Source: an uncultured Clostridia bacterium (lineage in GTDB: Bacteria; Bacillota; Clostridia; Peptostreptococcales; Anaerovoracaceae). Taken from it: a stretch of DNA of 34,387 bases. The position numbers and the translations under genes were made by a program. Every line of letters starts with the position of its first letter. The stretch's first letter is position 1. Positions 8,263 to 18,700 of this stretch are shown one piece after another. The stretch lies in assembly GCA_963558985.1 (NCBI GenBank), contig CAUWJW010000001.1, positions 1-34,387 on the forward strand. The letters run 5' to 3'. The notes below the pieces were generated by a model, which was not told where the DNA came from, made no database searches, and saw only the letters and a program-made list of their open reading frames with translations.

Positions 8263-9198
8263 ATGTTTATGTTTGAAAATCGCATTACCATTGAAGACAG
8301 ACCATTACTGGAAGAATATTTGAATGCGTATGATTATAAGACATCCGGTTTGTCTTTTTCCGCACTGTACATGTGGAGGAATATTAATTTTTTCAGCTGG
8401 AAGATAGCAGGAGACTATCTGCTCCTTGCAGGAATCAGCCATCTGGAACTGGAAGACGGCATCATTGAGCCCTTCCTTTTTCCGCCGCTTACAAAGACCG
8501 GCACATATGAGCCGGAAGGCGTGCGGAAAGCGCTGTACGAAGCAAAAGAGATCTTTGAAAAAAGCGGACATCCTTTTTCCATCCGTCTGCTGCCTTTTCA
8601 TATGATCGATATTATAAAAGAAGCCTGCCCCGGTGAGATGAAGTACATTGATGACCGGCCGAACCACGACTATGTGTACTTGCGCCAGGATCTTGTGCAG
8701 CTCAAAGGCAGAGATTATCACGGCAAGAAAAACCATCTTAACTATTTTCACAAAAACTTTGCGTATGAATATGTACCGCTCACATCAGATATGGCGGGGG
8801 ATGCCATGCGCTTTATTGACGAGTTTAACCGGCGCAAAGAAGTGCCCGAACATGAGATGCAGATGCTGAAGATGGAAGAAGAGGCAATGGCAGACGTCTT
8901 TCGCAACCTGGAAAAAGTCGGATACCTGGCAGGCGCCATTCTCATAGATGGGAAGATCCAGGCACTCAGTATCGGCGGAAGACTGAATAAAAACACCGTC
9001 ACGGTCCATGTAGAGAAAGCCAATGTAAAATACAGAGGACTGTACCAGGCCATCAATCAGGAATTCTGCAAGAATATACCTGAATGGGTAAAATACCTCA
9101 ACAGAGAGGAAGATATGGGGATTCCGAATCTCCGCAAGGCAAAGCTGTCCTACAAGCCGGTAAAAATGATAGAAAAATATATTGCAGTCTTTAAGTAA
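8263..9198 (+). CDS. Stand-alone DUF2156 (phosphatidylglycerol lysyltransferase C-terminal-like, GNAT fold) protein
   Basis: DYVY..L..LKG..Y..KKNH.N.F, VHVEKA, GLYQAIN, NREEDMGIPNLRKAKLSYKP. No TM flippase domain. Confidence 0.85.
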   Translation: MFMFENRITIEDRPLLEEYLNAYDYKTSGLSFSALYMWRNINFFSWKIAGDYLLLAGISHLELEDGIIEPFLFPPLTKTGTYEPEGVRKALYEAKEIFEKSGHPFSIRLLPFHMIDIIKEACPGEMKYIDDRPNHDYVYLRQDLVQLKGRDYHGKKNHLNYFHKNFAYEYVPLTSDMAGDAMRFIDEFNRRKEVPEHEMQMLKMEEEAMADVFRNLEKVGYLAGAILIDGKIQALSIGGRLNKNTVTVHVEKANVKYRGLYQAINQEFCKNIPEWVKYLNREEDMGIPNLRKAKLSYKPVKMIEKYIAVFK

Positions 9199-9214
9199 TT
9201 AGCAGCTTTCAAAG

Positions 9215-9232
9215 TTGTTAAAATATTAACGG
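9215..9232 (+). promoter_or_regulatory. Rex-like operator upstream of thiolase
   Basis: TTGTTAAAATATTAACGG versus the clostridial Rex consensus TTGTTAAnnnnTTAACAA (2 mismatches). Thiolase is an established Rex target in clostridia. Confidence 0.7.
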
Positions 9233-9249
9233 GTTTTTATCAAAACTTC

Positions 9250-9278
9250 TTGCAATTCGAGAAAAAATATGATAGTTT
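9250..9278 (+). promoter_or_regulatory. Putative sigma-A promoter of thiolase
   Basis: TTGCAA, 17 bp, TAGTTT with an upstream TG. Confidence 0.45.
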
Positions 9279-9366
9279 TTTAAGAAGAAAGCAAAGGTCA
9301 ACTTGGTTAAAATCTAATTAAGCGTTACTTTAGCACAATTGTGCAAGTTTTAAGGAGGACATGAAA

Positions 9367-10545
9367 ATGAGAGAAGTTGTTATTGTAAGTGCAGCAAGAA
9401 CCCCAATCGGCAGTTTCGGCGGTTCACTGAAGAACGTACCGACTAAGACTTTAGGTGCGATTGCAGTGAAAGAAGCCATCAAAAGAGCAGGAATCAAACC
9501 GGAAGATATTGATGAAGTTGTTCTGGGATGCGTACTGCAGGGTGCTCTGGGACAGAATATTGCAAGACAGATTGCTATGGAAGCGGGAATTCCGAAAGAA
9601 GTACCGGCAATGACACTGAACAAGGTGTGCGGATCCGGACTGAGAACTGTTTCTCTGGCTGCACAGATCATCAAAGCAGGAGATGCTGACATTGTTGTAG
9701 CAGGCGGAGCAGAAAACATGTCCATGGCAGCTTATGCTACACCGGCAACAAGATGGGGCGCAAGAATGAACAACACAAAGATGATCGATATGATGGTAAA
9801 CGATGGTCTGTGGGATGCATTCAACGATTACCACATGGGTATCACAGCTGAAAACATTGCAGAGCAGTGGGGTCTGACAAGACAGGAACTGGACGAATTT
9901 GCAGCAGCTTCTCAGCAGAAGGCAGTAGCAGCAATCAAAGCCGGAAAATTCAAGGATGAAATCGTACCTGTAGAAATCCCTCAGAGAAAGGGAGATCCAG
10001 TAATCTTTGATACAGACGAATTCCCAAGAGACGGCGTAACAGCAGAAAGCATCAGCAAGCTGAAACCTGCATTCAAGAAGGACGGAATGGTAACAGCAGC
10101 AAACGCTTCCGGTATCAATGACTCCGGAGCAGCTCTCATCGTAATGTCCAAGGAAAAGGCTGACGAACTGGGAATCAAACCTATGTGCACAATCAAATCC
10201 TACGCATCTGCAGGTGTAGATCCAAGCATCATGGGTATCGGACCTGTTCCATCTTCCCAGAAGGCACTGGAAAAAGCAGGCATGAAGGTTGAAGACCTTG
10301 ACCTGATCGAAGCAAACGAAGCTTTCGCAGCTCAGTCTGTAGCAGTAGGCAAAGAGCTGGGATTCAACAAAGAAATTCTTAACGTAAACGGCGGAGCAAT
10401 CGCTCTGGGACACCCGATCGGAGCATCCGGCGCAAGAATCCTGATCTCTCTGATTCACGAAATGGCAAAGAGAGACGCTAAGACAGGCCTGGCAACTCTG
10501 TGTATCGGAGGCGGACAGGGTACTGCAATGGTAGTTGAAAGATAA
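9367..10545 (+). CDS. thlA: Acetyl-CoA C-acetyltransferase (thiolase)
   Basis: [49 protein letters not shown] spacing favours ATG 9367 over 9361. Confidence 0.97.
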   Translation: MREVVIVSAARTPIGSFGGSLKNVPTKTLGAIAVKEAIKRAGIKPEDIDEVVLGCVLQGALGQNIARQIAMEAGIPKEVPAMTLNKVCGSGLRTVSLAAQIIKAGDADIVVAGGAENMSMAAYATPATRWGARMNNTKMIDMMVNDGLWDAFNDYHMGITAENIAEQWGLTRQELDEFAAASQQKAVAAIKAGKFKDEIVPVEIPQRKGDPVIFDTDEFPRDGVTAESISKLKPAFKKDGMVTAANASGINDSGAALIVMSKEKADELGIKPMCTIKSYASAGVDPSIMGIGPVPSSQKALEKAGMKVEDLDLIEANEAFAAQSVAVGKELGFNKEILNVNGGAIALGHPIGASGARILISLIHEMAKRDAKTGLATLCIGGGQGTAMVVER

Positions 10546-10580
10546 GACTGCGTACTTACATAACAAAAACATGCAATATG

Positions 10581-10619
10581 AAATACGGAAGGAAACAGTA
10601 AGGTTCCTTCCGTATTTTT
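10581..10619 (+). terminator. Intrinsic terminator after thiolase
   Basis: AAATACGGAAGGAA-acagtaagg-TTCCTTCCGTATTT followed by TT. Confidence 0.85.
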
Positions 10620-10687
10620 AGATTTGGAAGGAAAAGGGAGCGCCTGTTAAAAAGAGCATAAGAACAACATCAGAATTTCTTAAGATT

Positions 10688-10727
10688 TTCGTCAAAAATT
10701 TGACACATTTATTTCCTATAATAGAAT
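10688..10727 (+). promoter_or_regulatory. Promoter of the small ORF with overlapping palindrome and Spo0A-box-like sites
   Basis: TTGACA (10700-10705), 16 bp, TAGAAT. GTCAAA-aa-TTTGAC palindrome. TTCGTCA reads TGACGAA on the minus strand (0A box TGNCGAA). Confidence 0.5.
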
Positions 10728-10776
10728 CACAAAAGGGAAACAAGATAAAACTTTACAAAAGGGAAAGGGGAACATT

Positions 10777-10977
10777 ATGAAACAAAAAGCAGTAGCAATG
10801 GCAGCAGCTTTTACCATGCTCCTGGCAGTCGGTGTAACCGGATTGGGAAGCGAGATTTTATCGCAGCATCCTGCGTATACAAATCCGAGCCTTCGGATGG
10901 AAACGTGCAAGACAGTACTTTCGCTGCCGGAAACAGAAACCATGCTTTTGGCAGCGCCCCGAGAGGGAGGAAAATAA
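10777..10977 (+). CDS. Small 66-aa protein with signal peptide or TM N-terminus, function unknown
   Basis: RBS GAAAGGGG, MKQK plus a 20-aa hydrophobic stretch, own promoter and terminator. Confidence 0.65.
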   Translation: MKQKAVAMAAAFTMLLAVGVTGLGSEILSQHPAYTNPSLRMETCKTVLSLPETETMLLAAPREGGK

Positions 10978-10989
10978 AAGATATCAGTG

Positions 10990-11017
10990 AAAAAGGGAGC
11001 TTGGGGGGCTCCTTTTT
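10990..11017 (+). terminator. Intrinsic terminator after the small ORF
   Basis: AAAAGGGAGC-ttgggg-GGCTCCTTTTT. Confidence 0.7.
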
Positions 11018-11079
11018 CATTGCATTTGGTATGTCAGATGGGATATAATAATAAATGATATTTTTTAGGAGGGAAAACC

Positions 11080-12744
11080 ATGGCAGATATGGAAAAAAAA
11101 CAGGCAGGCGCGCCGGAAAGCGCATCCAACTTTATTCATAATATAATCGACAAGGATCTAGAGTCTCAGAAATATGGAGAACGGGTACATACTCGTTTCC
11201 CTCCGGAACCAAACGGATACCTTCATATTGGACATGCAAAATCTATTTGTCTCAACTTTTCAACAGCAGAGAAGTATCATGGCAAATGCAACCTGAGATA
11301 TGATGATACAAATCCTGTAAAAGAGGATATGGAATATGTGCAGGCTATCGAAGAAGATGTAAGATGGCTTGGCTTTCAGTGGGATGAACGTCTGTGGGCT
11401 TCTGACTACTTTGACAAGATGTACGAATTCGCAATTCGCCTTATTAAAAAGGGAAAAGCCTTTGTCTGCGATCTCAATGCAGATCAGATCCGGGAATACA
11501 GAGGAACTCTGAAAGCACCGGGAAAGGAAAGTCCGTACCGGAATCGCTCCGTGGAAGAAAATCTGAAGCTCTTTGAGGAGATGAAGGACGGCAAGTATGC
11601 AGACGGGGAGAAGGTGCTGCGTGCCAAGATTGATATGGCATCTCCCAATATTAATATGAGAGACCCTGTTATTTACAGGATATCCCATGCAGCGCATCAC
11701 AATACAGGCAGCAGATACTGCATTTATCCGATGTATGACTATGCGCATCCAATCGAGGATGCCATCGAAGGCATTACCCACTCCATCTGTACCCTGGAAT
11801 TTGAGGATCACAGACCTTTGTACGACTGGGTTCTGCAGGAACTGGAATGGGAAGCGCCTCCACAGCAGATTGAATTTGCCCGCCTGAACCTGACCAACAC
11901 CGTAATGAGCAAACGTCATCTGAAGGCACTGGTGGACCAGGGAACGGTAGACGGATGGGATGATCCTCGCATGCCGACTATTGCAGGGCTGAGAAGACGC
12001 GGATATACGCCGCAGGCCATTCGAGATTTCTGCGAACGCATCGGCGTTTCCAAGGCAAACAGTACCGTAGATGTGGCACTTCTGGAGCACTGCGTAAGAG
12101 AAGACCTGAAAACAAAAGTACAGAGCCGCAATGTAGTAGAAGACCCGATTAAAATTGTAATCACCAACTACCCGGAAGACCGGACGGAAGAAATGGAAAT
12201 TGAAAACAACCGGGAAGTGCCGGAAATGGGAAGCCGTAAAGTGCCGTTCAGCAGAGAGCTTTATGTAGACGGAGCAGACTTTATGGAAGAACCGGTGAAA
12301 AAGTATTTCCGCCTGTTCCCGGGAAATGAAGTGCGCTTCAAAGGTGCCTACTTCATCACCTGCAACGACGTGATCAAAGATGAAAACGGCCAGATAAAAG
12401 AACTGCACTGCACTTATGACCCGCAGACCCGAAGCGGCAGCGGATTTGAAGGCAGGAAGGTCAAGGGAACCATTCACTGGGTAGATGCAAAGACCGCAGT
12501 TAAGGTGAAGATTCGCAACTATGACTACCTGATGATAGAAAACGAAGAAGGCGAAAACGTGCTGAATCCCGACTCTCTGCAGGAATCCTGGGGATATGCA
12601 GAGCCGGCACTGGCAGAAGCGGCGCCGGGAGAACGCTTCCAGTTCTTCAGACATGGTTACTATATTGCCGATGAAAAGCTGTCTGAAGGCGAAGAAAAAG
12701 TATTTAATAAGATTGTGGGACTGAAAAGTTCCTGGAAAAAATAA
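11080..12744 (+). CDS. glnS: Glutamine--tRNA ligase
   Basis: [40 protein letters not shown]. Confidence 0.97.
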   Translation: MADMEKKQAGAPESASNFIHNIIDKDLESQKYGERVHTRFPPEPNGYLHIGHAKSICLNFSTAEKYHGKCNLRYDDTNPVKEDMEYVQAIEEDVRWLGFQWDERLWASDYFDKMYEFAIRLIKKGKAFVCDLNADQIREYRGTLKAPGKESPYRNRSVEENLKLFEEMKDGKYADGEKVLRAKIDMASPNINMRDPVIYRISHAAHHNTGSRYCIYPMYDYAHPIEDAIEGITHSICTLEFEDHRPLYDWVLQELEWEAPPQQIEFARLNLTNTVMSKRHLKALVDQGTVDGWDDPRMPTIAGLRRRGYTPQAIRDFCERIGVSKANSTVDVALLEHCVREDLKTKVQSRNVVEDPIKIVITNYPEDRTEEMEIENNREVPEMGSRKVPFSRELYVDGADFMEEPVKKYFRLFPGNEVRFKGAYFITCNDVIKDENGQIKELHCTYDPQTRSGSGFEGRKVKGTIHWVDAKTAVKVKIRNYDYLMIENEEGENVLNPDSLQESWGYAEPALAEAAPGERFQFFRHGYYIADEKLSEGEEKVFNKIVGLKSSWKK

Positions 12745-12754
12745 AGGAGAACAA

Positions 12755-13909
12755 ATGGATTACTACAAAGAGTCTCTTAAAATGCATGAAGAGCATAAGG
12801 GGAAAATGGCAGTGGCAAGCAAGGTTCCTGTAAAGAACAAAGATGACCTGTCCACAGCCTATACGCCGGGGGTTGCAGAGCCATGCCGGAAGATTCACGA
12901 AAACCCGGAAGATGTTTATAAATACACAAACAAAAGTAACACCGTAGCGGTCATCAGTGACGGATCGGCTGTGCTGGGGCTTGGAAATATCGGCGGAACT
13001 GCGTCCATTCCGGTTATGGATGGGAAATCCCTGCTCTTTAAAGAATTTGCAGGAATCGATGCCATTCCCATTTGCCTGGACACACAGGACACAGATGAAA
13101 TTATCAGCATTGCAAAGAACATTGCACCTACTCTGGGCGGCATTAACCTGGAAGATATTTCAGCACCAAGGTGTTTTGAAATTGAACGCAGATTGCAGGA
13201 GCAGGTAGACATTCCTGTTTTCCATGATGACCAGCACGGAACAGCAGTTGTGGTAACCGCAGCCATTATTAATGCACTGAAGCTTACAGGGAAAAAGTGG
13301 GAAGAACTGAAGATTGTAATCAGCGGAGCCGGAGCTGCGGGAGCAGCAATTGCCAGAATGTTGCTGTCAGAAGGTGCAGGAGATGTGATCGTCTGTGACC
13401 GCACAGGCGCGCTTGTTAAAAATGATGACAGGCTGACACCGGCAAAAGAAGAACTGGCGCAGATTACCAATAAATCCCTTGCAGCAGGGACACTGGCGGA
13501 TGTCATCAAAGGGGCGGATGTCTTTATCGGCGTATCAGCGCCTAAAACGGTTACCGAGGATATGGTGCGTTCCATGGCAAACGATGCCATCGTGCTGCCT
13601 ATGTCCAATCCGGAGCCGGAAATTATGCCGGAAGCAGCAAAAAAAGCAGGAGCAAGAATCGTTGGAACCGGCCGCTCCGATTTTCCGAACCAGATTAATA
13701 ATGTGCTGGCTTTCCCGGGAATTTTTAAAGGAGCCCTTGCAGCTCGTGCAAAAAGGATTACCGAGGATATGAAGCTGGCAGCGGCACAGGCTCTTGCGGA
13801 TATCATTCCTGCACAAGAGCTGACGGAAGAATATATTATTCCAAGTGCCTTTCATCCGGGAGTTGCAGATGCTGTAGCACAAGCAGTAGCAGCAGCGTGG
13901 AAAGAATAA
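12755..13909 (+). CDS. NAD(P)-dependent malic enzyme (small, MaeB N-terminal-like type)
   Basis: AYTPGVA, DGSAVLGLGNIG, INLEDI, FHDDQHGTA, GAGAAG, GRSDFPNQINNVL. Confidence 0.95.
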   Translation: MDYYKESLKMHEEHKGKMAVASKVPVKNKDDLSTAYTPGVAEPCRKIHENPEDVYKYTNKSNTVAVISDGSAVLGLGNIGGTASIPVMDGKSLLFKEFAGIDAIPICLDTQDTDEIISIAKNIAPTLGGINLEDISAPRCFEIERRLQEQVDIPVFHDDQHGTAVVVTAAIINALKLTGKKWEELKIVISGAGAAGAAIARMLLSEGAGDVIVCDRTGALVKNDDRLTPAKEELAQITNKSLAAGTLADVIKGADVFIGVSAPKTVTEDMVRSMANDAIVLPMSNPEPEIMPEAAKKAGARIVGTGRSDFPNQINNVLAFPGIFKGALAARAKRITEDMKLAAAQALADIIPAQELTEEYIIPSAFHPGVADAVAQAVAAAWKE

Positions 13910-13934
13910 ACACAGAGTGCGCATTCTGCGCATT

Positions 13935-13991
13935 GGGGTTTCTTCTCATTTTTTCGCTTACATGCATACAAAATGGGAAGAAATCTCTTTT
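13935..13991 (+). terminator. Long hairpin, probable terminator of glnS-malic enzyme
   Basis: GGGGTTTCTTCTCATTTT ... AAAATGGGAAGAAATCTC followed by a T-rich tract. Confidence 0.6.
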
Positions 13992-14021
13992 CTTTATCTT
14001 TATATGCAATGGAGGGAAGTA

Positions 14022-15038
14022 ATGAGAGTCATACTTGACGGCATGGGCGGAGACCATGCGCCTTTTGAAATTGTAAAAGGTGCAGTCGAAGCTGCAAAAG
14101 AGATGGAGCATGAGATTTATATCGTGGGAAAAGAGGATTTAATCCGGGCAGAGCTGGACAAATACAAATACAATCCGGAGCAGATCAAAGTGGTTCATGC
14201 AGAGGAAGTCATCACCAATGAGGACAGCCCGGTAAAGGCTATCAAGAGAAAAAAAGAATCTTCCATGGTAAAAGGTCTTACTATGCTCAAAGAAGGAAAA
14301 GGAGACCTGTTCGTTTCAGCAGGAAATACAGGAGCGCAGGTAGTAGGAGGCCGTATGATACTGGGAAGAATCAACGGCATAGACAGACCGGCACTGGCCA
14401 GTATTTATCCGGTACTGGGAGGAAAGGCGTGTCTTTTGGTAGATGCCGGTGCAAGTGCCGAATCAAAGGCGCATAATCTGCTGGAATACGGGACCATGGG
14501 CAGCATCTATGTAGAGAAGGTGTTTGGCCGTCCTGAACCAAAGGTAGGTCTTGTCAATCTGGGCGTGGAAGAAGGCAAAGGCACCGGTGTGACAAAGGAG
14601 GCGTACAAACAGCTTTCACAGGCGCCGATTAACTTTATAGGAAACGTAGAGGGAAGAGAAATTCCCGCAGGCGTCTGCGACGTGATTGTCTGTGACGGGT
14701 TTGTGGGGAATGTGATCTTAAAGCTGACAGAAGGACTGGCCTGGAGCGTTCTGAAACTTTTAAAGAGAAAATTTCTGGAAGGGCTCAAAGCGAAAATCGG
14801 TGCCATGTTCCTGAAAAACAAGCTGGGGGAACTGAAAAACGAATTCGACTATTCCGAGTACGGCGGTGCGCCTATCCTGGGAGTGGACGGAGCAATGGTG
14901 AAAATGCATGGATCATCGAATGCAAATGCTGTGAAAAATACCATACTGAAGGGGATTCCTTATGCAGAGGAAAATGTGGTCGGCATTATCAAAGAAGCTA
15001 TTACAGACTTAGAGGAGATTATTGCGGGTGAACAATAA
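14022..15038 (+). CDS. plsX: Phosphate acyltransferase PlsX
   Basis: DGMGGDHAP, SAGNTGA, GIDRPAL, DGFVGN, YGGAPILG, KMHGSS. RBS GGAGG before ATG 14022. Confidence 0.96.
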   Translation: MRVILDGMGGDHAPFEIVKGAVEAAKEMEHEIYIVGKEDLIRAELDKYKYNPEQIKVVHAEEVITNEDSPVKAIKRKKESSMVKGLTMLKEGKGDLFVSAGNTGAQVVGGRMILGRINGIDRPALASIYPVLGGKACLLVDAGASAESKAHNLLEYGTMGSIYVEKVFGRPEPKVGLVNLGVEEGKGTGVTKEAYKQLSQAPINFIGNVEGREIPAGVCDVIVCDGFVGNVILKLTEGLAWSVLKLLKRKFLEGLKAKIGAMFLKNKLGELKNEFDYSEYGGAPILGVDGAMVKMHGSSNANAVKNTILKGIPYAEENVVGIIKEAITDLEEIIAGEQ

Positions 15039-15726
15039 CAAACAATTTGAAGATAAAATCGGATATCACTTTAAAGATGCACAGCTGCTGGAACGTGCAC
15101 TGACGCACAGCTCCTACGCAAAGGAGACAGGACAGGGACATCTGTCTGGCAACGAGCGGCTGGAATTTTTAGGAGATGCCTTTCTGGATGCGATTATTGG
15201 AGAAGAACTGTACCGAAAAATGCCAAAGGCAGAGGAAGGGCAGCTGACAAAAGCAAGAGCCTCTATTGTATGCGAAAGATCTCTAGCGCAGGCGGGACGC
15301 AGACTGTCCATCGGCCGGCACATGATGTTCAGCAGAGGCGAGGAAAAATGCGGCGGAAGGGATCGGGATTCCCTTCTGGCAGACGGCATGGAGGCTGTGA
15401 TCGGTGCGATCTATCTGGATGGCGGCTATGCAAGGGCACAGCATTTTGTTCTGGATATTTTCAAGGAAGACCTGCAAGATGCAGGAAAAGGGAAATTAAA
15501 CAACCGGGACTACAAATCTGAGCTGCAGGAACTGCTGCAGAGCAAAGGAATCCTGGACATCCGCTACAGCTTAGAAAAGGAAGAAGGTCCCGATCATAAC
15601 AAGACCTTTTCTGTAAGCCTGGAAATTTGCGGAAAACCGGGCGGCAGCGGAACCGGAAGGAGCAAGAAAATAGCAGAACAAAATGCTGCGAAAGACGCAA
15701 TGGAGAGGGGTCTTGATGTATTTTAA
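15028..15726 (+). CDS. rnc: Ribonuclease III
   Basis: ALTHSSY, NERLEFLGDA, EAVIGAIYLD, dsRBD DYKSELQE..EGPDHNK..SKKIAEQNAA. Start is GTG 15028 or TTG 15022. Confidence 0.96.
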   Translation: MNNNKQFEDKIGYHFKDAQLLERALTHSSYAKETGQGHLSGNERLEFLGDAFLDAIIGEELYRKMPKAEEGQLTKARASIVCERSLAQAGRRLSIGRHMMFSRGEEKCGGRDRDSLLADGMEAVIGAIYLDGGYARAQHFVLDIFKEDLQDAGKGKLNNRDYKSELQELLQSKGILDIRYSLEKEEGPDHNKTFSVSLEICGKPGGSGTGRSKKIAEQNAAKDAMERGLDVF

Positions 15727-18700
15727 GCGGATGGATCTACATGGATTCAAATCTTTTGCTGACCCGGTTACAATCGAATTTCACAAAGGAATCACCTGTG
15801 TTGTAGGTCCCAATGGGAGCGGCAAAAGCAATATCAGCGATGCCATACGATGGGTGCTGGGAGAGCAGAGCCCCAAAATGCTCAGGGGAGGCAAGATGGA
15901 AGAAGTCATCTTTGCAGGAACAGCCAGCCGAAAGTCCAGAGGCATGGCAGAAGTTACCCTTGTAATTGACAATGAACAGGGCACACTGCCCATTGACTAT
16001 AATGAAGTAGCCATTACACGAAGAATGTTTCGTTCCGGAGAGAGCGAATACTCCATCAACAGCAATCCCTGCAGGCTGAAGGACATACGGGAGCTGATCA
16101 TGGATACAGGAATCGGAGTGGACGGTTACTCTCTCATCGGACAAGGAAAAATTTCAGATATAATCAGCAATAAGACAGAAAGCAGACGGGAAATCTTTGA
16201 AGAAGCTGCCGGTATTGTAATGTACAGGACAAGAAAAGCAGAATCAGAGAAAAAACTCACATCGACCTCTGCCAATCTGGAGCGGATTAACGATATCATC
16301 AGCGAGATCGAAGGCCGCATCGATGGACTCAGAGAGGAAAGCCTCAAGGCCTCGGAATACTTAAAGCTGCGGGAGAGGAACCGGGAGCTGGAGATTAATA
16401 TTGCCCTTCATAATATGGAAGAGCTGGAAAAACGAAATAAAGAAATGCAGGAAGATATTTTCCGACTGTCAGAAAAACTGGAAACCTGCACACAGCAGCG
16501 AGGGACCATGGAAAAACAGCTGCTGAAAATAAAACAGAAAACAGAGCAGCTGCAGAATTCGCTGGAAGAAACCAGAGAACAGCGGATAAGATGTCTGGAA
16601 GAAATCAATCGGCTGTCAGGCAGAGGAAACTTAAACCGGGAACGCCTGCGGGCCATTGAAAAAGAGAAAAAGCGCCTGAAAGAAGAGCAGGCAGCACTGA
16701 AAAGCAAGCTGGAATCAGAAAAGCAGAGTGCAGAAGCACTTTCAAAAGAATACATGCTTGCAGAGAGCAGGCAGCAGGAAGCGGACAGCAGGCTGCAGGA
16801 AAAGCTCAGAGAACAGAGCGGGCTGACTGCAGACCTGGAACAAGTCTCCCAAATGGCGGAGCAGTGCAAGGAAGAGATTTATGAAATCCATAGCAGCCTC
16901 AGCGGGAAAAAGACAGAAGCTGCAAGCTTGGAAAACCTGAGACAAACCCTGGAACGCAGACGGCTGCAGCTGACAGAAGAAAAGAGCGGCAGCGAGAAGA
17001 AAAACCGGGAAATGCTGGATCAGTTTAACCGCCTCCGAAGCGAAAACGAAAGTCTGGAAACAGAATGGAAAGAAAAGCTGGAGGAACTGACAGAAAAAGA
17101 AACAGAGCAAAAACAGCTTTCAGACAAAAAAGAAGAAACAGTCAAAGCACTGGAAGAATTGCGGCTGCATTTGGGGCAGCAGACTGTCCGCCAGAAGACA
17201 ATCCGGGAGATGGAGAGCAATTACGAAGGATACCACTATGGAGTGAAATTTATTATGCGATCCGGGCTTCCAGGAATCTACGGTACAGTGGCAGAGCTGA
17301 TTACCGTTCCAAGAGACTATGAAATTGCCATTGAAACTGCACTGGGGGCTGCACTGCAAAATATCGTATGCGCCGATGACAGGAGCGCACAGCAGGCTAT
17401 TGAACGGCTAAAAGAAAAAAAAGCAGGGCGGCTGACTTTTCTTCCCGTTTCATCCATAAGGGGAGGCGGGAGCCGCACACCGGTTCAGATGGAGCAGGCT
17501 CCCGGCTTTCAGGGCTTTGGAACAGACTGCATCCGGTTTGACAAAAAATACGAAAATGTATTTCAATACCTTCTTGGCAGAGTAGCGCTGGTAGACACTA
17601 TGGAGCATGCAGTCGCCCTTTCAAAAAAAGCAGCGGGTATTCGCTTTGTTACCTTGGAAGGAGAAGTTATCAATGCAGGCGGTGCAATCACAGGCGGCCG
17701 TTACAAAAATAAAACAGCCAATTTCCTGGAACGCAAAGGAGAGATCGCACAGCTGCAAGAAAAACTCAGACAGGGAGAAAAACATCAGGAGCAGCTGCGG
17801 CAGGAAGACACAAGACTGGGAGAAGCCCTGGAGAAAAAGAAAGAAGAAATTCTTTCTCTGCAGGAAGGATGCAGACACCTGGAAATGAAAATTTTTGCCG
17901 GAAAAAATGAACTGGAAGCTGTAGAACAGACCATAGAGGCCAGACGGGAGAACACCGGAAGGTGGGATCAGGAGCTGGAAAACATCCGGATGGAACAAGG
18001 AGCCTCGCGCACAATGGCGCAGGAACTGGAAGAAAAAATCCGGCAGCTGCAGGAAGAGATGAATGAAAAAGAGGGACTTGCACAAAAGTATATGGATCTG
18101 CGGGACCAGGCGAAAGAAACGGCTGTCCGGCTGAGGGAGGAGATTACTGAGATCCGTCTTCAGGCCGGCAGCTACGAAAGTGAAAAAAACAGCACAAGAC
18201 AAATGGAGCAGCGGGTCAAAGGCTCCATCGCAGAGCTTCTGGCCGAACTTACAGAGAAAGAAAAGCAGGCCTCAGAACTGGAAACAGAAAAAGAAGGGCT
18301 GCAGATGAGTCATACAGATACAGAACTGCTGGTAAACGTGCAGGAAGAAAAGAAAGAGCAGCTGGAACGGCGCCTGGAGGAACTGTCCGAGGAGCGGAAG
18401 CAGGAAACAGAATGCGGGCATAAACTGGGGCAGGAGAAAGAAGCGCTGGAACAGCAGATGGAAGCACTGCGCAGCCAGAAATATGAAATGGAGATTAAAT
18501 CTGCCAAAAATGAAACACAGCTCAGTGGGTACAAAGAAAAGCTGTGGGATGATTTTGAAATCTCTTACATTCAGGCGATGGATTACAAGAAGCAGGACTT
18601 TGCCGCTTCCGCAGCAGTAAAGGAAAACAAGCGCATCAGGAACCGTATGAAAGAACTGGGGGAAGTCAATACCGGATCAATCAAAGAATATGAAACAGTC

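Noticed and set aside
9330-9346. TTAGCAC as a CIRCE (HrcA) element
   Set aside because: Only part of one arm matches. There is no TTAGCACTC-N9-GAGTGCTAA.
9451-10572. 373-aa antisense ORF over thiolase (similar ones over glnS 11260-12654, malic enzyme 12916-13806 and plsY/gpsA 21368-22354)
   Set aside because: Shadow ORFs from codon bias of the sense genes, with no recognisable motifs and unnatural composition.
10980-11079. T-box leader before glnS
   Set aside because: The intergenic region is too short and has no GGTGGNACC motif. The hairpin there is the small ORF's terminator.
13012-13040. Malic enzyme PVMDGK instead of the usual PVMEGK
   Set aside because: Conservative change. The catalytic Lys and the metal-binding ED/DD motifs are intact.
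16300-18600. Repetitive GAA/CAG-rich DNA in smc
   Set aside because: Explained by E/Q/K-rich coiled-coil coding. It is not a repeat array.
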